A stretch of 64,000 nucleotides of DNA from an uncultured Lachnospiraceae bacterium (GTDB lineage Bacteria; Bacillota; Clostridia; Lachnospirales; Lachnospiraceae). Within the stretch, counting starts at the first letter, position 1; every line of letters begins with the position of its first letter. The translations under genes were made by a program, and so were the position numbers. The stretch is from NCBI GenBank assembly GCA_964421915.1, contig CAYQZB010000005.1, forward strand, positions 18,761-82,760, written 5' to 3'. Shown piece by piece: positions 37,425 through 46,972 of this stretch. The notes below the pieces were generated by a model. The model was not told the origin of the DNA and ran no database searches. It was given only the letters and a program-made list of their open reading frames with translations.

Positions 37425-38291
37425 ATGAATAGAGCAGAAAAAGCAGATGTTCTTTTGGAAAAATTAAAAGAAGATTCGGCGGAATATAGAGAACTTGAAA
37501 CTGACGGATACAGCCCGGAGGAAACGAAACAAATGATCCGTTCTCTGATGAATGTCCGTATGCCAAAAGCACTGTCTGATGAATTGTTAAAATTGCAGGA
37601 TGAGTATCTTCAGGAAGAGTTGCAGGAAAAGGGCATCGTAACCTTGGCGGAGATACCCACCATAAAGGAACAAATAGGTGGCACAGATTACCATATGGAG
37701 ACCTCTTTTTTTGCGGGAAAGCAGCCTTTTCTTGCGGAAAGATTATCGATCTGGCAGGGGGATATTACAAGGCTGAAAGCCGGTGCAATTGTAAACGCCG
37801 CAAACTCACAGATGCTGGGATGCTTTGTGCCCTGTCACAGATGCATTGACAATGCTATCCATAGTGCGGCGGGGATGCAGCTGCGGGAAGAATGCAGCCA
37901 TATCATGAGCCGCAGGCGGCAACGGTACGGTGGAAACTATAAGGAGCCCACTGGAACAGCCACCCTGACTTCCGCCTACAATCTTCCCTGCGACTATGTG
38001 ATCCATACCGTGGGACCCATCGTATATGGAGGATTAAATCAAGCCTTGTGTCAGGATCTGCGGAATTGTTATGAAAATGTTTTGCAATGTTGTCTGGAAC
38101 ATAAGATCAGGTCGGTTGCTTTCTGCTGTATTTCCACAGGTGAATTTCATTTTCCGAATGATAAGGCGGCAGAGATTGCTGTAAAAACGGTAACCGATTT
38201 TCTGGAAAAGAATGGAGACTGCATGGAACGGATCATTTTTAATGTATTTAAAGAAAATGATTATGAAATTTATAAAAATATTTTAGAATAA
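37425..38291 (+). CDS. Macro-domain protein (ADP-ribose/O-acetyl-ADP-ribose hydrolase type) with an N-terminal helical extension
   Basis: 'WQGDITRLKAGAIVNAANSQMLGCFVPCHRCIDNAIH' and 'TGEFHFP'. Confidence 0.8.
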   Translation: MNRAEKADVLLEKLKEDSAEYRELETDGYSPEETKQMIRSLMNVRMPKALSDELLKLQDEYLQEELQEKGIVTLAEIPTIKEQIGGTDYHMETSFFAGKQPFLAERLSIWQGDITRLKAGAIVNAANSQMLGCFVPCHRCIDNAIHSAAGMQLREECSHIMSRRRQRYGGNYKEPTGTATLTSAYNLPCDYVIHTVGPIVYGGLNQALCQDLRNCYENVLQCCLEHKIRSVAFCCISTGEFHFPNDKAAEIAVKTVTDFLEKNGDCMERIIFNVFKENDYEIYKNILE

Positions 38292-38490
38292 AGTTGTTGA
38301 GGGGTATTAAGTGATAAAAGAAATAAGTGACTTATTATTATATTACAGACGGTCTTAAGAAATGTACAGAGATATTAGAAAAATAAATTGGATAATGTTG
38401 CGCTTTAAAAGAGATGGCTGTCGAGTGTAAAAAGTCAGATAAGGATATGCCATAAAAGAGATGGCTGTAGTCGTAAAAAGGAGGATCAGG

Positions 38491-38904
38491 ATGGCTGTAT
38501 CAACAATCAAGGCTGAGTTTCAGTGCGAAGTAGAAAAAGTGTGGAAAATAGTAACATCATTAGAGGAGTATTCATGGCGGAGTGATTTAGATAAGATCGT
38601 GGTGACAGTACCGGAAAAAGAGTTTGAAGAACATACAAAAGATGGTTATGTCACGAAGTTTCATATTACAGTTTACGATCAATATAAGAGATATGAATTT
38701 GATATGGAAAATGGTAATATGCAGGGGCATTGGACCGGAAATTTTTCCTATAGCGACGGTATTACCGTAATTGAATTTACTGAAAATGTCACTGCAAAAA
38801 AGTTGATTATGAAACCGTTTGTGGGAGCCTATTTAAAACAACAACAGGCAAAGTATATTCAAGACCTAAGGAATGCATTGGAAGCAGATAGGGTTCGGGA
38901 ATAG
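38491..38904 (+). CDS. SRPBCC/START-like small protein
   Basis: Size and a beta-rich pattern with a terminal helix. AGGAGG RBS before the ATG at 38491. Weak assignment. Confidence 0.45.
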   Translation: MAVSTIKAEFQCEVEKVWKIVTSLEEYSWRSDLDKIVVTVPEKEFEEHTKDGYVTKFHITVYDQYKRYEFDMENGNMQGHWTGNFSYSDGITVIEFTENVTAKKLIMKPFVGAYLKQQQAKYIQDLRNALEADRVRE

Positions 38905-38926
38905 AGAGGAATAAAAATATTTTACT

Positions 38927-39592
38927 ATGGAATACGACAATATTACCCGCGCCACCTTCTTAAGCCGTCCCAATCGTTTTATTGCCGAGGTAGAGATCAA
39001 TGGACATAAAGAAACGGTTCACGTAAAGAATACCGGTCGATGCAGAGAATTATTGATTCCGGGCTGTGAAGTATATCTGACAGAGCAAGGAAAGCCGGAA
39101 AGAAAGACCCGATATGATCTTGTGGCGGTAAGGAAAGAGAACGGCATACTTTTTAATATTGACAGTCAGGCTCCAAATCAGGCGGTCAGAGAATGGCTGG
39201 CAGGGCAGGGTTTTGACAAGGTGATACCGGAATATACTTATGGCGATTCCAGAATCGATTTTTATATGGAACGGTATAAGGGAGAAAGAGAACCGGAGCG
39301 CCATCTGATGGAAGTCAAAGGCTGTACGCTGGAGATAGACGGCATCGGATATTTTCCGGATGCGCCGACAGAGCGTGGTATCAAGCATCTTCGGGAACTT
39401 ACGAAAGCAGTGATGGATGGATACAAAGCGTCTCTTGCTTTTGTTATACAGATGGACGGAGTGACAGAGGTGCGGCCGAATATCGAAACGCACCCGGAGT
39501 TTGGGGAGGCATGGAAAGAGGCGCAAGTGGCAGGAGTAGAAGTGCTGTTTCTGACTTGCCATGTGGAACCGAATCGTTTGGTGATTCTATAG
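38927..39592 (+). CDS. sfsA: Sugar fermentation stimulation protein A homologue
   Basis: 'FLSRPNRFIAEVEINGHKETVHVKNTGRCRELL', 'RIDFYM', 'EVKGCTL'. Confidence 0.9.
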   Translation: MEYDNITRATFLSRPNRFIAEVEINGHKETVHVKNTGRCRELLIPGCEVYLTEQGKPERKTRYDLVAVRKENGILFNIDSQAPNQAVREWLAGQGFDKVIPEYTYGDSRIDFYMERYKGEREPERHLMEVKGCTLEIDGIGYFPDAPTERGIKHLRELTKAVMDGYKASLAFVIQMDGVTEVRPNIETHPEFGEAWKEAQVAGVEVLFLTCHVEPNRLVIL

Positions 39593-39671
39593 AAGGATGA
39601 ACCTTTATCAGGAAAAGGAAACAACCTTTTATAGAAAATAATTGAAAGGGAATGGGAGGAAGTGTAAAAGA

Positions 39672-40196
39672 ATGAAAACCATTGTAATTTACAATTCTCA
39701 GACAGGTTTTACAAAACATTATGCAGAGTGGATAGCGGAAGAAAGCGGCGCGGATTGTTTTGAACTGGGTACGGCTAAAAAGAAAAATATGGATGATTAT
39801 GATGCTGTCATATTTGGAGGCTGGGCATGTGCTGGAAATATAAAGATGCTTAGCTGGTTTAAAAGACAGATGCATAAATGGAGTGATAAAAAATTAATTG
39901 TGTATTGTGTCGGAGCAAGCCCGCTTGAAAATCCTGATTTAGAGACGACTCTCAGGCGGAATTTTAATGAGGAAGAATGGGAAAGGGTACATGTATTTTA
40001 TTGTCCGGGAGGATTAAATTATGAGAAAATGTCAGCTTCATCAAGATTTATGATGAAGATGCTTTTAAAGGTTTTAAAAGCAAAAAAAGATAAGACGGAA
40101 CAGGATGAAGCTATGATAAAAATGATTTCTTCCTCTTATGACATTTCTGATAAAAAATACATTGCTCCAATCTTAGAATATTTAAATAATAAATAA
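39672..40196 (+). CDS. Flavodoxin-like domain protein
   Basis: 'MKTIVIYNSQTGFTKHYAEWIAEE', 'DAVIFGGW'. Confidence 0.7.
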   Translation: MKTIVIYNSQTGFTKHYAEWIAEESGADCFELGTAKKKNMDDYDAVIFGGWACAGNIKMLSWFKRQMHKWSDKKLIVYCVGASPLENPDLETTLRRNFNEEEWERVHVFYCPGGLNYEKMSASSRFMMKMLLKVLKAKKDKTEQDEAMIKMISSSYDISDKKYIAPILEYLNNK

Positions 40197-40232
40197 TCCA
40201 TATTGTTGGGAAAATGTAAATCGTTCTGCGTA

Positions 40233-40272
40233 AAAACCGATTTTTTTGTAAGTGAAAGAAAATCGGTTTTTT
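40233..40272 (+). terminator. Putative terminator hairpin (AT-rich stem AAAACCGATTTT/AAAATCGGTTTT plus T-run)
   Basis: Perfect 12-bp inverted repeat read from the sequence, downstream of the flavodoxin-like gene. Confidence 0.45.
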
Positions 40273-40440
40273 GTATTGACATAATGATATGATTTATATA
40301 TAATATGTGTTATATAACAGTAATTATATAAAAAGCGGAGTAATGTATTCTTTGGTATGTCGGCATCCCGGCAGGGAGATTAAGTCGAAATATAAAAATA
40401 GCTCGAAAATTAAGATTGTTATCTGACGGGGAGGATCAAG

Positions 40441-41085
40441 ATGAACAAAAGTAAATTAAGTGTAATAGCAATGCTGGTTATGACGGTATTTTCATTTTCG
40501 GGATTTTTGGTTTTATTTGGAAATGATAGTGTCAACCTGAGCAGTGTTACTTTGATTATTGGTATTATTTTCTATTTTATCACAAGAGAGCCGGAGGAAA
40601 AAGAGACCATGAGTCTGAAGGCAGTTCCCAAGCTGCTGAAGGACCGGAAGACCGATCTACTCATTCTTATGCCGGTTGTTATGAATATAATCTGTTATGC
40701 ATTAGCAAAAATGTTTCTTCCTGAATTTATAGAACATCTATCGGATCGCACGGATTTTCTTTCCTTTGAACAAATCATCGTTTTAGTGGCAGAGTTAGTG
40801 ATTGCAGCCTGGGGTGAAGAAATCGCATGGAGAGGATTTTTCTTAGATAAGCTGTCAAAACGCTTACCGTTTGTTCCGGCGCTGCTGATCACGGCAACTC
40901 TGTTCTCCTTATGCCATTTTACCGTCGGAAGCTTTGCTGTGGTGCTGTATGATTTGTTCTTTATTGTTGTCAATGCGGTATTTTATGGACTTGTCTATAA
41001 GAGATCACATAACATCATCGTAAGCACGATCTCTCATCTTTTAGCCAATACGGTTGGTGTAATAGGGTTAGTTTTGATAATATAA
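40441..41085 (+). CDS. CPBP family intramembrane glutamic endopeptidase
   Basis: 'GEEIAWRGFFLDKL', 'FSLCHF', 'HLLAN'. Confidence 0.85.
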   Translation: MNKSKLSVIAMLVMTVFSFSGFLVLFGNDSVNLSSVTLIIGIIFYFITREPEEKETMSLKAVPKLLKDRKTDLLILMPVVMNIICYALAKMFLPEFIEHLSDRTDFLSFEQIIVLVAELVIAAWGEEIAWRGFFLDKLSKRLPFVPALLITATLFSLCHFTVGSFAVVLYDLFFIVVNAVFYGLVYKRSHNIIVSTISHLLANTVGVIGLVLII

Positions 41086-41346
41086 TTTTTTTGAGGTGAA
41101 AATCAACTTTAGGCAACTTTTGTTCAAATGCTTGACATTTGATCCAATATGCGATATTCTCATTCCAGCGCATGTTGCTTAATGTCTGGAATTTCATTGG
41201 CAGATCGCCGACGATTTCTTATTTGTATCTTCTTAAGTGTTTTTCTTTTGGAGTTGTTTTTTATTTGTTTTATGATTATTCAGCATCAAAAAAATTCAGT
41301 TTTCAAAAAGGTATTGTCTGATGTATAATAAAAGTGGTGAGGGAAG

Positions 41347-42192
41347 GTGATATTGTTGAATACAACAAAGCAGACACACCAAAAACTGATGCATCAAGAA
41401 CAAATGCATCAGTTGGATTTAGAGAGATTGAAAGCATTCCGCTATATGGATGATGATTTTATGACTGCATGCCTTAAAGATAATATTGAGGGTGTGGAAC
41501 TGATACTACGGATTGTTTTAGGAAAAAAGGACATAAAAATCAAATCGGTTCGGACGCAGGAGGTATTGAAGAATCTGTGGGGACGTTCCGCCACGTTGGA
41601 CGTTCATGCGGTTGATGGCGATAAAAAGGAGTTTGACGTGGAAATCCAGCGCAAGGACGCAGGAGCAGGCGCAAAAAGGGCAAGGCACAACAGCAGCCTT
41701 TTGGACGCGCATATATTAAAGAGTGGTGAAGAAACAGAGGACATTCCTGACAGCTATGTTATCTTCATTACAGAAAAAGATGTTATGAAAGGAAATCAAC
41801 CGATATATCCGGTAGAGAGATTCGTTACAATCGGGGAAAAGAAAGTATTGTTTGGTGACGGTTCGCATATCCTATATGTGAATGGAACGTACAGGGGCGA
41901 TGATGAAATCGGTAAGCTGATGCACGATTTCTCATGTACTGATCCCGACGATATGAATTATGAAGCGCTTGCTAAAAAAGCACGATACTTTAAGCAAGAC
42001 GAGAAAGGAGTTGCAGCCATGTGTAAGATTATGGAAGATATGAGAAACGAAGCAGAATTGAATAAAGCAAAAAAGACAGCGGTTCATTTAATAAAATTAG
42101 GCAAGATGTCTTTAGAGGAAATAGCGGAGGCTACGGAGTTGTCTCTTGAAACAGTAAAAGAATTAGAAAGTCAAACAATGCAACCGGCATAA
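41347..42192 (+). CDS. PD-(D/E)XK nuclease family transposase-like protein (PDDEXK_2/Rpn-like)
   Basis: 'ATLDVHAVDGDKKEFDVEIQRKD' (D..ExQ block). C-terminal HTH-like tail. GTG start. Confidence 0.7.
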   Translation: MILLNTTKQTHQKLMHQEQMHQLDLERLKAFRYMDDDFMTACLKDNIEGVELILRIVLGKKDIKIKSVRTQEVLKNLWGRSATLDVHAVDGDKKEFDVEIQRKDAGAGAKRARHNSSLLDAHILKSGEETEDIPDSYVIFITEKDVMKGNQPIYPVERFVTIGEKKVLFGDGSHILYVNGTYRGDDEIGKLMHDFSCTDPDDMNYEALAKKARYFKQDEKGVAAMCKIMEDMRNEAELNKAKKTAVHLIKLGKMSLEEIAEATELSLETVKELESQTMQPA

Positions 42193-42220
42193 TCAATCTT
42201 CATGCACAAACCCCGACGAT

Positions 42221-42463
42221 ATGAATTATGAAGCGCTTGCTAAAAAAGTACGATACTTTAAGCAAGACGAGAAAGGAGTTGCAGCTATGTGTAAGATTAT
42301 GGAGGATATGAGGAATGAAGCGGCATTAAACACCGCTAGGGAAACCGCAGAAAGATTGATAAAAAAGGGGAAAATGACTCTTGAAGAAATTGCAGAGTGT
42401 GTTCCTCTATTATCTCTTGATGAACTAAGAGAAATTGAAATGAGAGTTATGCAGTTGGCATAA
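42221..42463 (+). CDS. Stand-alone copy of the C-terminal module (cassette 2, 80 aa)
   Basis: The N-terminal 34 aa are near-identical to residues of the 41347 protein; the C-terminal half has diverged. Expression is uncertain. Confidence 0.4.
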   Translation: MNYEALAKKVRYFKQDEKGVAAMCKIMEDMRNEAALNTARETAERLIKKGKMTLEEIAECVPLLSLDELREIEMRVMQLA

Positions 42464-42491
42464 TCAATCTTCATGCACAAACCCCGACAAT

Positions 42492-42731
42492 ATGAATTAT
42501 GAAGCGCTTGCTAAAAAAGCACGATACTTTAAGCAAGACGAGAAAGGAGTTGCAGTCATGTGTAAGATTATGGAGGATATGAGGAATGAAACCGCGATAA
42601 GAAATGCAAAAGAAATAGCGGTTCGTATGATTAAAGCAGGTAAAATGTCATTGGAGGATATAGCCGATTACACAGAGTTATCCCTTGATACAATAAAAGA
42701 ATTAGCAAGTCAGTCAATACAGTTGGCATAA
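42492..42731 (+). CDS. Stand-alone copy of the C-terminal module (cassette 3, 79 aa)
   Basis: As for cassette 2. Confidence 0.4.
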   Translation: MNYEALAKKARYFKQDEKGVAVMCKIMEDMRNETAIRNAKEIAVRMIKAGKMSLEDIADYTELSLDTIKELASQSIQLA

Positions 42732-42936
42732 TCAATCATATCAATCGAAATTTAATACAATAACAGCAGTCTCCTGCCCACACTTGACACGGTGTGGGCA
42801 TATTACTCTAAAATGGAGATCCCTGCCCCATGTACCGGGAATCCTTTTAAACAGTGGATTCTCGTTACAATGGATTGCCGTTTAGGAAGATCCTTGATAG
42901 GATAAAATTATCAAAGGATAGGGAGGAGCGGCATTT

Positions 42937-43857
42937 ATGGATAAAAAGAAAACAGGTGAACTCATTAAAGACGCCAGAACAAGAAAGAATTATACCCAAA
43001 GCGAATTAGGTGAGCTGCTTGGGGTTACCAATAAGGCAGTGTCACGCTGGGAGACCGGAGAGAGTTTTCCGGATATCGGGTTATTGGAGAGCCTATCCAA
43101 TGTTCTTGATCTTAAGATACAGGATATCGTTGTGGGGGAAATACAGGCAGATGATGAGACCGCATTTACTGAAATAGTGAGATTGTCCAGATTGCAGGAA
43201 AAGGCAAAACAGAAGAAGATCGTGCATTTTGCCATTGGGATAATGATTATAATATATAGTTGTTTGATAGGATATAACGCATTGAGAGGCAGCAGTATAC
43301 TCGGCAATCATTCAGGAATGATTTATCTGATTTCATTGGCAGTTATATTAATGATTCTTCTATATGGGACTAAAAAAAGTGACTTTAATGAAAAGAGTAA
43401 TCTTGACGAAAAAGATAATTTTGCTAAAACAGATAGCAAAGTGAATCGAATTCTGCTGATTGTTTCAGTTATTTCAGGTATCTGGATCATTCTGGTCACA
43501 TGTTCTACTGCCATTATGGTTGGGAATGGAATCATGCCGTTTCATATGGATGCATCTTCTGTGGGACCATTTCTGAATGTTCAATTAATTGCGGTATTCC
43601 TTCTCAATATGGCGATCATGGTTACAGAGTTCTATAGAATGGATAAAAGGATGGAGGATACTTATCGTGGGATTTTTGTTTCCATATCGGTGGTTTATTT
43701 AGCAGTTTTATACGCAGATGTGTTACATTGCTTATCTGCAATTCAGGAAATTTATCAAATGATTTTTTCCAGAACAATCATCGTTTTAGCTGAATTATTA
43801 CTTATTTTTGCTGTCGCTGCATTGGTATTAAAGAGAAAAAATTGCTTGCATCAATAA
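42937..43857 (+). CDS. XRE-family HTH domain fused to a polytopic membrane domain
   Basis: 'YTQSELGELLGVTNKAVSRWETGESFPD' followed by ~6 TM segments. Confidence 0.75.
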   Translation: MDKKKTGELIKDARTRKNYTQSELGELLGVTNKAVSRWETGESFPDIGLLESLSNVLDLKIQDIVVGEIQADDETAFTEIVRLSRLQEKAKQKKIVHFAIGIMIIIYSCLIGYNALRGSSILGNHSGMIYLISLAVILMILLYGTKKSDFNEKSNLDEKDNFAKTDSKVNRILLIVSVISGIWIILVTCSTAIMVGNGIMPFHMDASSVGPFLNVQLIAVFLLNMAIMVTEFYRMDKRMEDTYRGIFVSISVVYLAVLYADVLHCLSAIQEIYQMIFSRTIIVLAELLLIFAVAALVLKRKNCLHQ

Positions 43858-44030
43858 AAAAAATCTGTTATTCTACTTTATAAATTAAATAAAAACATAA
43901 ACGACACATGTAGTGCTTCGCACGTAAATCTGATCACGGTACGTATGTAATCTCGTAAAGATAAGATATTGCCGGATTGGTGAGCAGCGGGGTAACATGT
44001 GTTTTTTATGCCAGAAAAGGAGAAAAAGTT

Positions 44031-44723
44031 ATGCCAAGAAATCAATTTCAGAGGATGGTATTTGCATTCCTCACAGTTTTAATTACCGTACACGGATATG
44101 TATTTTATAGTCTGTATGTCGTTAATGGAAACACTCTGATGCAGGTAACAGGAGCAGATAGCGTTATCCATGCCATCAATGCGCAGGGAGGCGTTTATAT
44201 GTTTGGGGACATGTTTCCCATATGGGCGGTCATAGTTGTTGAGCTTTGCCTTGCGTATTTGCTGGAGTGTCTATTAGGAAGTCCGTTATCCTTCAAGATG
44301 GCGTGCAGGATGTTTGATCCGAGAAGAAATCATCCCATGATTTTTGAAACGGTTATTATTTGTTGTACTGTTTTGATTATGTGTCCGTTGATGAGCTTTT
44401 TGGCAGCAGGAATGTATTATCCGTATTATTCAGGTTTTCATATTTTAACATTATTAGCTAATTGGATAAAGCTTGTCTGCTTCAATTTACCGTTTGCTTT
44501 CTTTTCGCAGATTTTCATTATCCAGCCTATTGTGAGATGGGTATTTGGTAAATTGTTTGCAAAGGATATAGCGGCGCGAAATTCTCAAGAGGAACCCGAA
44601 CGTCCTCAAAATGAGCAGGAAGCCATTGCGGATATCTTCAAGAGAATGGATGAAATACAGGAGAATCTTGCGCATGAAAGACGGCAGAGAAAGAAACTTG
44701 CTGAGAAAATAGAACAGATATAA
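44031..44723 (+). CDS. Membrane protein, DUF2798-like (tentative), with a charged C-terminal tail
   Basis: AAGGAGA RBS before the ATG at 44031. Four TM helices in two similar halves. Confidence 0.5.
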   Translation: MPRNQFQRMVFAFLTVLITVHGYVFYSLYVVNGNTLMQVTGADSVIHAINAQGGVYMFGDMFPIWAVIVVELCLAYLLECLLGSPLSFKMACRMFDPRRNHPMIFETVIICCTVLIMCPLMSFLAAGMYYPYYSGFHILTLLANWIKLVCFNLPFAFFSQIFIIQPIVRWVFGKLFAKDIAARNSQEEPERPQNEQEAIADIFKRMDEIQENLAHERRQRKKLAEKIEQI

Positions 44724-44806
44724 CGTACTGTTCAAGTCAATCAAAATAGTTTATAATAACAAAAGAACCTTAAAGTGCGACAGCATAAGTATGTAAAAAT
44801 GGAGGA

Positions 44807-45943
44807 TTGGCTATGGATCAAGCAAAAAAACTGGGATTCGGATTGATGCGTCTGCCGCTGATTGACAAGAGCGATGCGGGCAGCGTAGATGTAGAACAGG
44901 TGAAGAAGATGGTGGATGCGTTTATTGCCGGAGGATTTACTTATTTTGATACGGCGTGGATGTACTGCGGCTTTCAAAGCGAGAAGACTGCAAAGGTTGC
45001 TTTGGTGGATCGTTATCCCAGAGAGAGTTTCACAATTGCTTCTAAATTACATAGTGGATTTTTTGATGCATTTGAGGGCCGGGATAAGATATTTAATGCA
45101 CAGCTGGAAAATACGGGCGCAGGATTTTTTGACTATTATCTTTTGCATGGCATAGAATCAGGAAGCATCCATAAATATGAAGAATATGACTGCTTCAACT
45201 GGCTTCGGGAAAAGAAAAAACAGGGACTGGTAAAGCATATAGGATTTTCTTATCATGATACGCCGGAGCTTCTTGATGAGATCCTGACAAAGCATCCCGA
45301 TATGGAATTTGTACAGCTGCAGCTGAATTATCTGGATTGGGAAAGCCCGTGGGTGCATGCGCGCGCCTGTCATGAAGTAGCGGTAAAACATAATATCCCG
45401 ATCATCGTCATGGAGCCGGTGAAGGGCGGAACGCTGGCAAAGCTTCCGGAGGCAGCGGAAAAGCTTCTGAAAGACTATGCGCCGGAGCGGTCCATATCTT
45501 CCTGGGCGATCAGATATGCGGCGTCCCTTGACAATGTTATGATGGTTCTTTCCGGAATGAGCAATATGGAACAGATCGAGGATAATCTTGCAACGATGGA
45601 AGATTTTCAGCCATTGAATGAAGAGGAAAAGAAGCTTGTATTCATGGCGGCGGATATCATCAATGGAAAAACTGCGATCCCGTGTACGGGATGCTCCTAT
45701 TGTACGGAAGGCTGCCCGCAGAAGATAGCAATACCGCAGTATTTCTCGCTTTATAATGAAGATATGAGAGAACCTGCGGAAAAAGGATGGACGGTCAATC
45801 TGGGCAATTATGAACTTTTGACGCGGGAGTTTGGAAGGGCGTCAAGCTGTGTCGGATGCGGTCAGTGCGAAGGAGTATGTCCTCAGCATCTGCCGATCAT
45901 AGAACATCTGAAAGCGGTTTCAAAACGTTATGATGCGCAATAA
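44807..45943 (+). CDS. Aldo/keto reductase with a C-terminal 4Fe-4S ferredoxin-type domain
   Basis: 'LGFGLMRLP', 'FDTAWMY'. Cys clusters 'CTGCSYCTEGCP' and 'CVGCGQCEGVCP'. Confidence 0.85.
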   Translation: MAMDQAKKLGFGLMRLPLIDKSDAGSVDVEQVKKMVDAFIAGGFTYFDTAWMYCGFQSEKTAKVALVDRYPRESFTIASKLHSGFFDAFEGRDKIFNAQLENTGAGFFDYYLLHGIESGSIHKYEEYDCFNWLREKKKQGLVKHIGFSYHDTPELLDEILTKHPDMEFVQLQLNYLDWESPWVHARACHEVAVKHNIPIIVMEPVKGGTLAKLPEAAEKLLKDYAPERSISSWAIRYAASLDNVMMVLSGMSNMEQIEDNLATMEDFQPLNEEEKKLVFMAADIINGKTAIPCTGCSYCTEGCPQKIAIPQYFSLYNEDMREPAEKGWTVNLGNYELLTREFGRASSCVGCGQCEGVCPQHLPIIEHLKAVSKRYDAQ

Positions 45944-45952
45944 AGACCGGGA

Positions 45953-46840
45953 TTACTCAACCCTCTCTTTTCCCCAGAAGAACAGCGCCACTGTGCCGGG
46001 ACCGGTATGACTGCCGATGACCGTACCGATGGAATTGATTTCCACCCGGCCGTTCAGATGGGGAAATGCTTTTTCTACCAGATCGGCAACGGCGCGCGCG
46101 TCTTCATAGCACGCGGACTGAGAGATATAGCATTTACCGGGGTAATTGACGCCTTGATCAGCGTATTCCTTCATTTTTTCCACGATAGCTGCGATGACCT
46201 TTTTCTTGGTGCGGATCTTATATCGCGGGATCAAGCGGCCGAGGTTATCCATATTCAGCAGGGGACAGATATTTAAAAGGTTTCCTACAGTGCCGGCAGT
46301 TTTTGAGACGCGACCGCCTTTGATATAGAAAGTCAGGTCGGTGGAGAAAAACCAATGATTTAATTTTAATCTGTTTTCTTCTGCATACTGGAAGACCTTA
46401 TCAATGGATTTTCCGCTGTCACGAAGATCTGCAAGCTGGTCCATCAGAAGTCCGTAGCCGGAGGATGCACCCAGAGAATCTACAACATAGATCTTCCGGT
46501 CGGGATATTCTTCCTGCAGCGTATTTTTAGCGATCATGGCGGAGTTGAGCGTGCTGGAGATTCCGGAGGACAGGGTCAGGTGCAGGATATCATGACCTTC
46601 CTCCAAAAATTTTCTGAAATATGCTTCGTATTCGTCTGCATTGACCTGTGAAGTCTTGGTATCGGCACCATCCACCATAGCCTGATAAAATTTATCAAAG
46701 GGCATGGACTGTCCGAGATCGTCAGGATACTGTACCCCGTCTAATTCATAGTGGAAACAGATATAAGAGATATCACGCGCTTCAAAATGTTCTTTGGATA
46801 GATCTGCGGTAGAACAACAGCTTAAAATAAATTTACTCAA
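45953..46840 (-). CDS. DegV family (fatty-acid-binding, FakB-like) protein
   Basis: 'ILSCCSTADLS', 'YVVDSLGASSGYGLLM', 'GTVIGSHTGPGTVALFF'. A TTG at 46840 follows GGAAAGGAAG. Confidence 0.8.
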   Translation of the reverse strand: MSKFILSCCSTADLSKEHFEARDISYICFHYELDGVQYPDDLGQSMPFDKFYQAMVDGADTKTSQVNADEYEAYFRKFLEEGHDILHLTLSSGISSTLNSAMIAKNTLQEEYPDRKIYVVDSLGASSGYGLLMDQLADLRDSGKSIDKVFQYAEENRLKLNHWFFSTDLTFYIKGGRVSKTAGTVGNLLNICPLLNMDNLGRLIPRYKIRTKKKVIAAIVEKMKEYADQGVNYPGKCYISQSACYEDARAVADLVEKAFPHLNGRVEINSIGTVIGSHTGPGTVALFFWGKERVE

Positions 46841-46972
46841 TGTTATATCTTCCTTTCCTGCCAAGATTCCATTATTGTTAGTGATATTAAGTGTAGCACA
46901 ATGCTGTCCAAATAACAAATATTATAATCAAAAAAATTACAAAAATTTTATAATTTATATCATAGTTACCTG

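Larger units (their letters stand above)
41931..42743 (+). repeat. Tandem triplication (~268-271 bp units) of the 3' module of the 41347 gene
   Basis: 'GA(C/T)ATGAATTATGAAGCGCTTGCTAAAAAAG.ACGATACTTTAAGCAAGACGAGAAAGGAGTTGCAG' recurs with its ATG at 41953, 42221 and 42492. Junctions read 'GCATAATCAATCTTCATGCACAAACCCCGAC'. Confidence 0.85.

Noticed and set aside
39050-39875. Three minus-strand ORFs (170, 120 and 143 aa) across sfsA and the flavodoxin gene start
   Set aside because: They are shadow ORFs opposite well-supported plus-strand genes, with no motifs.
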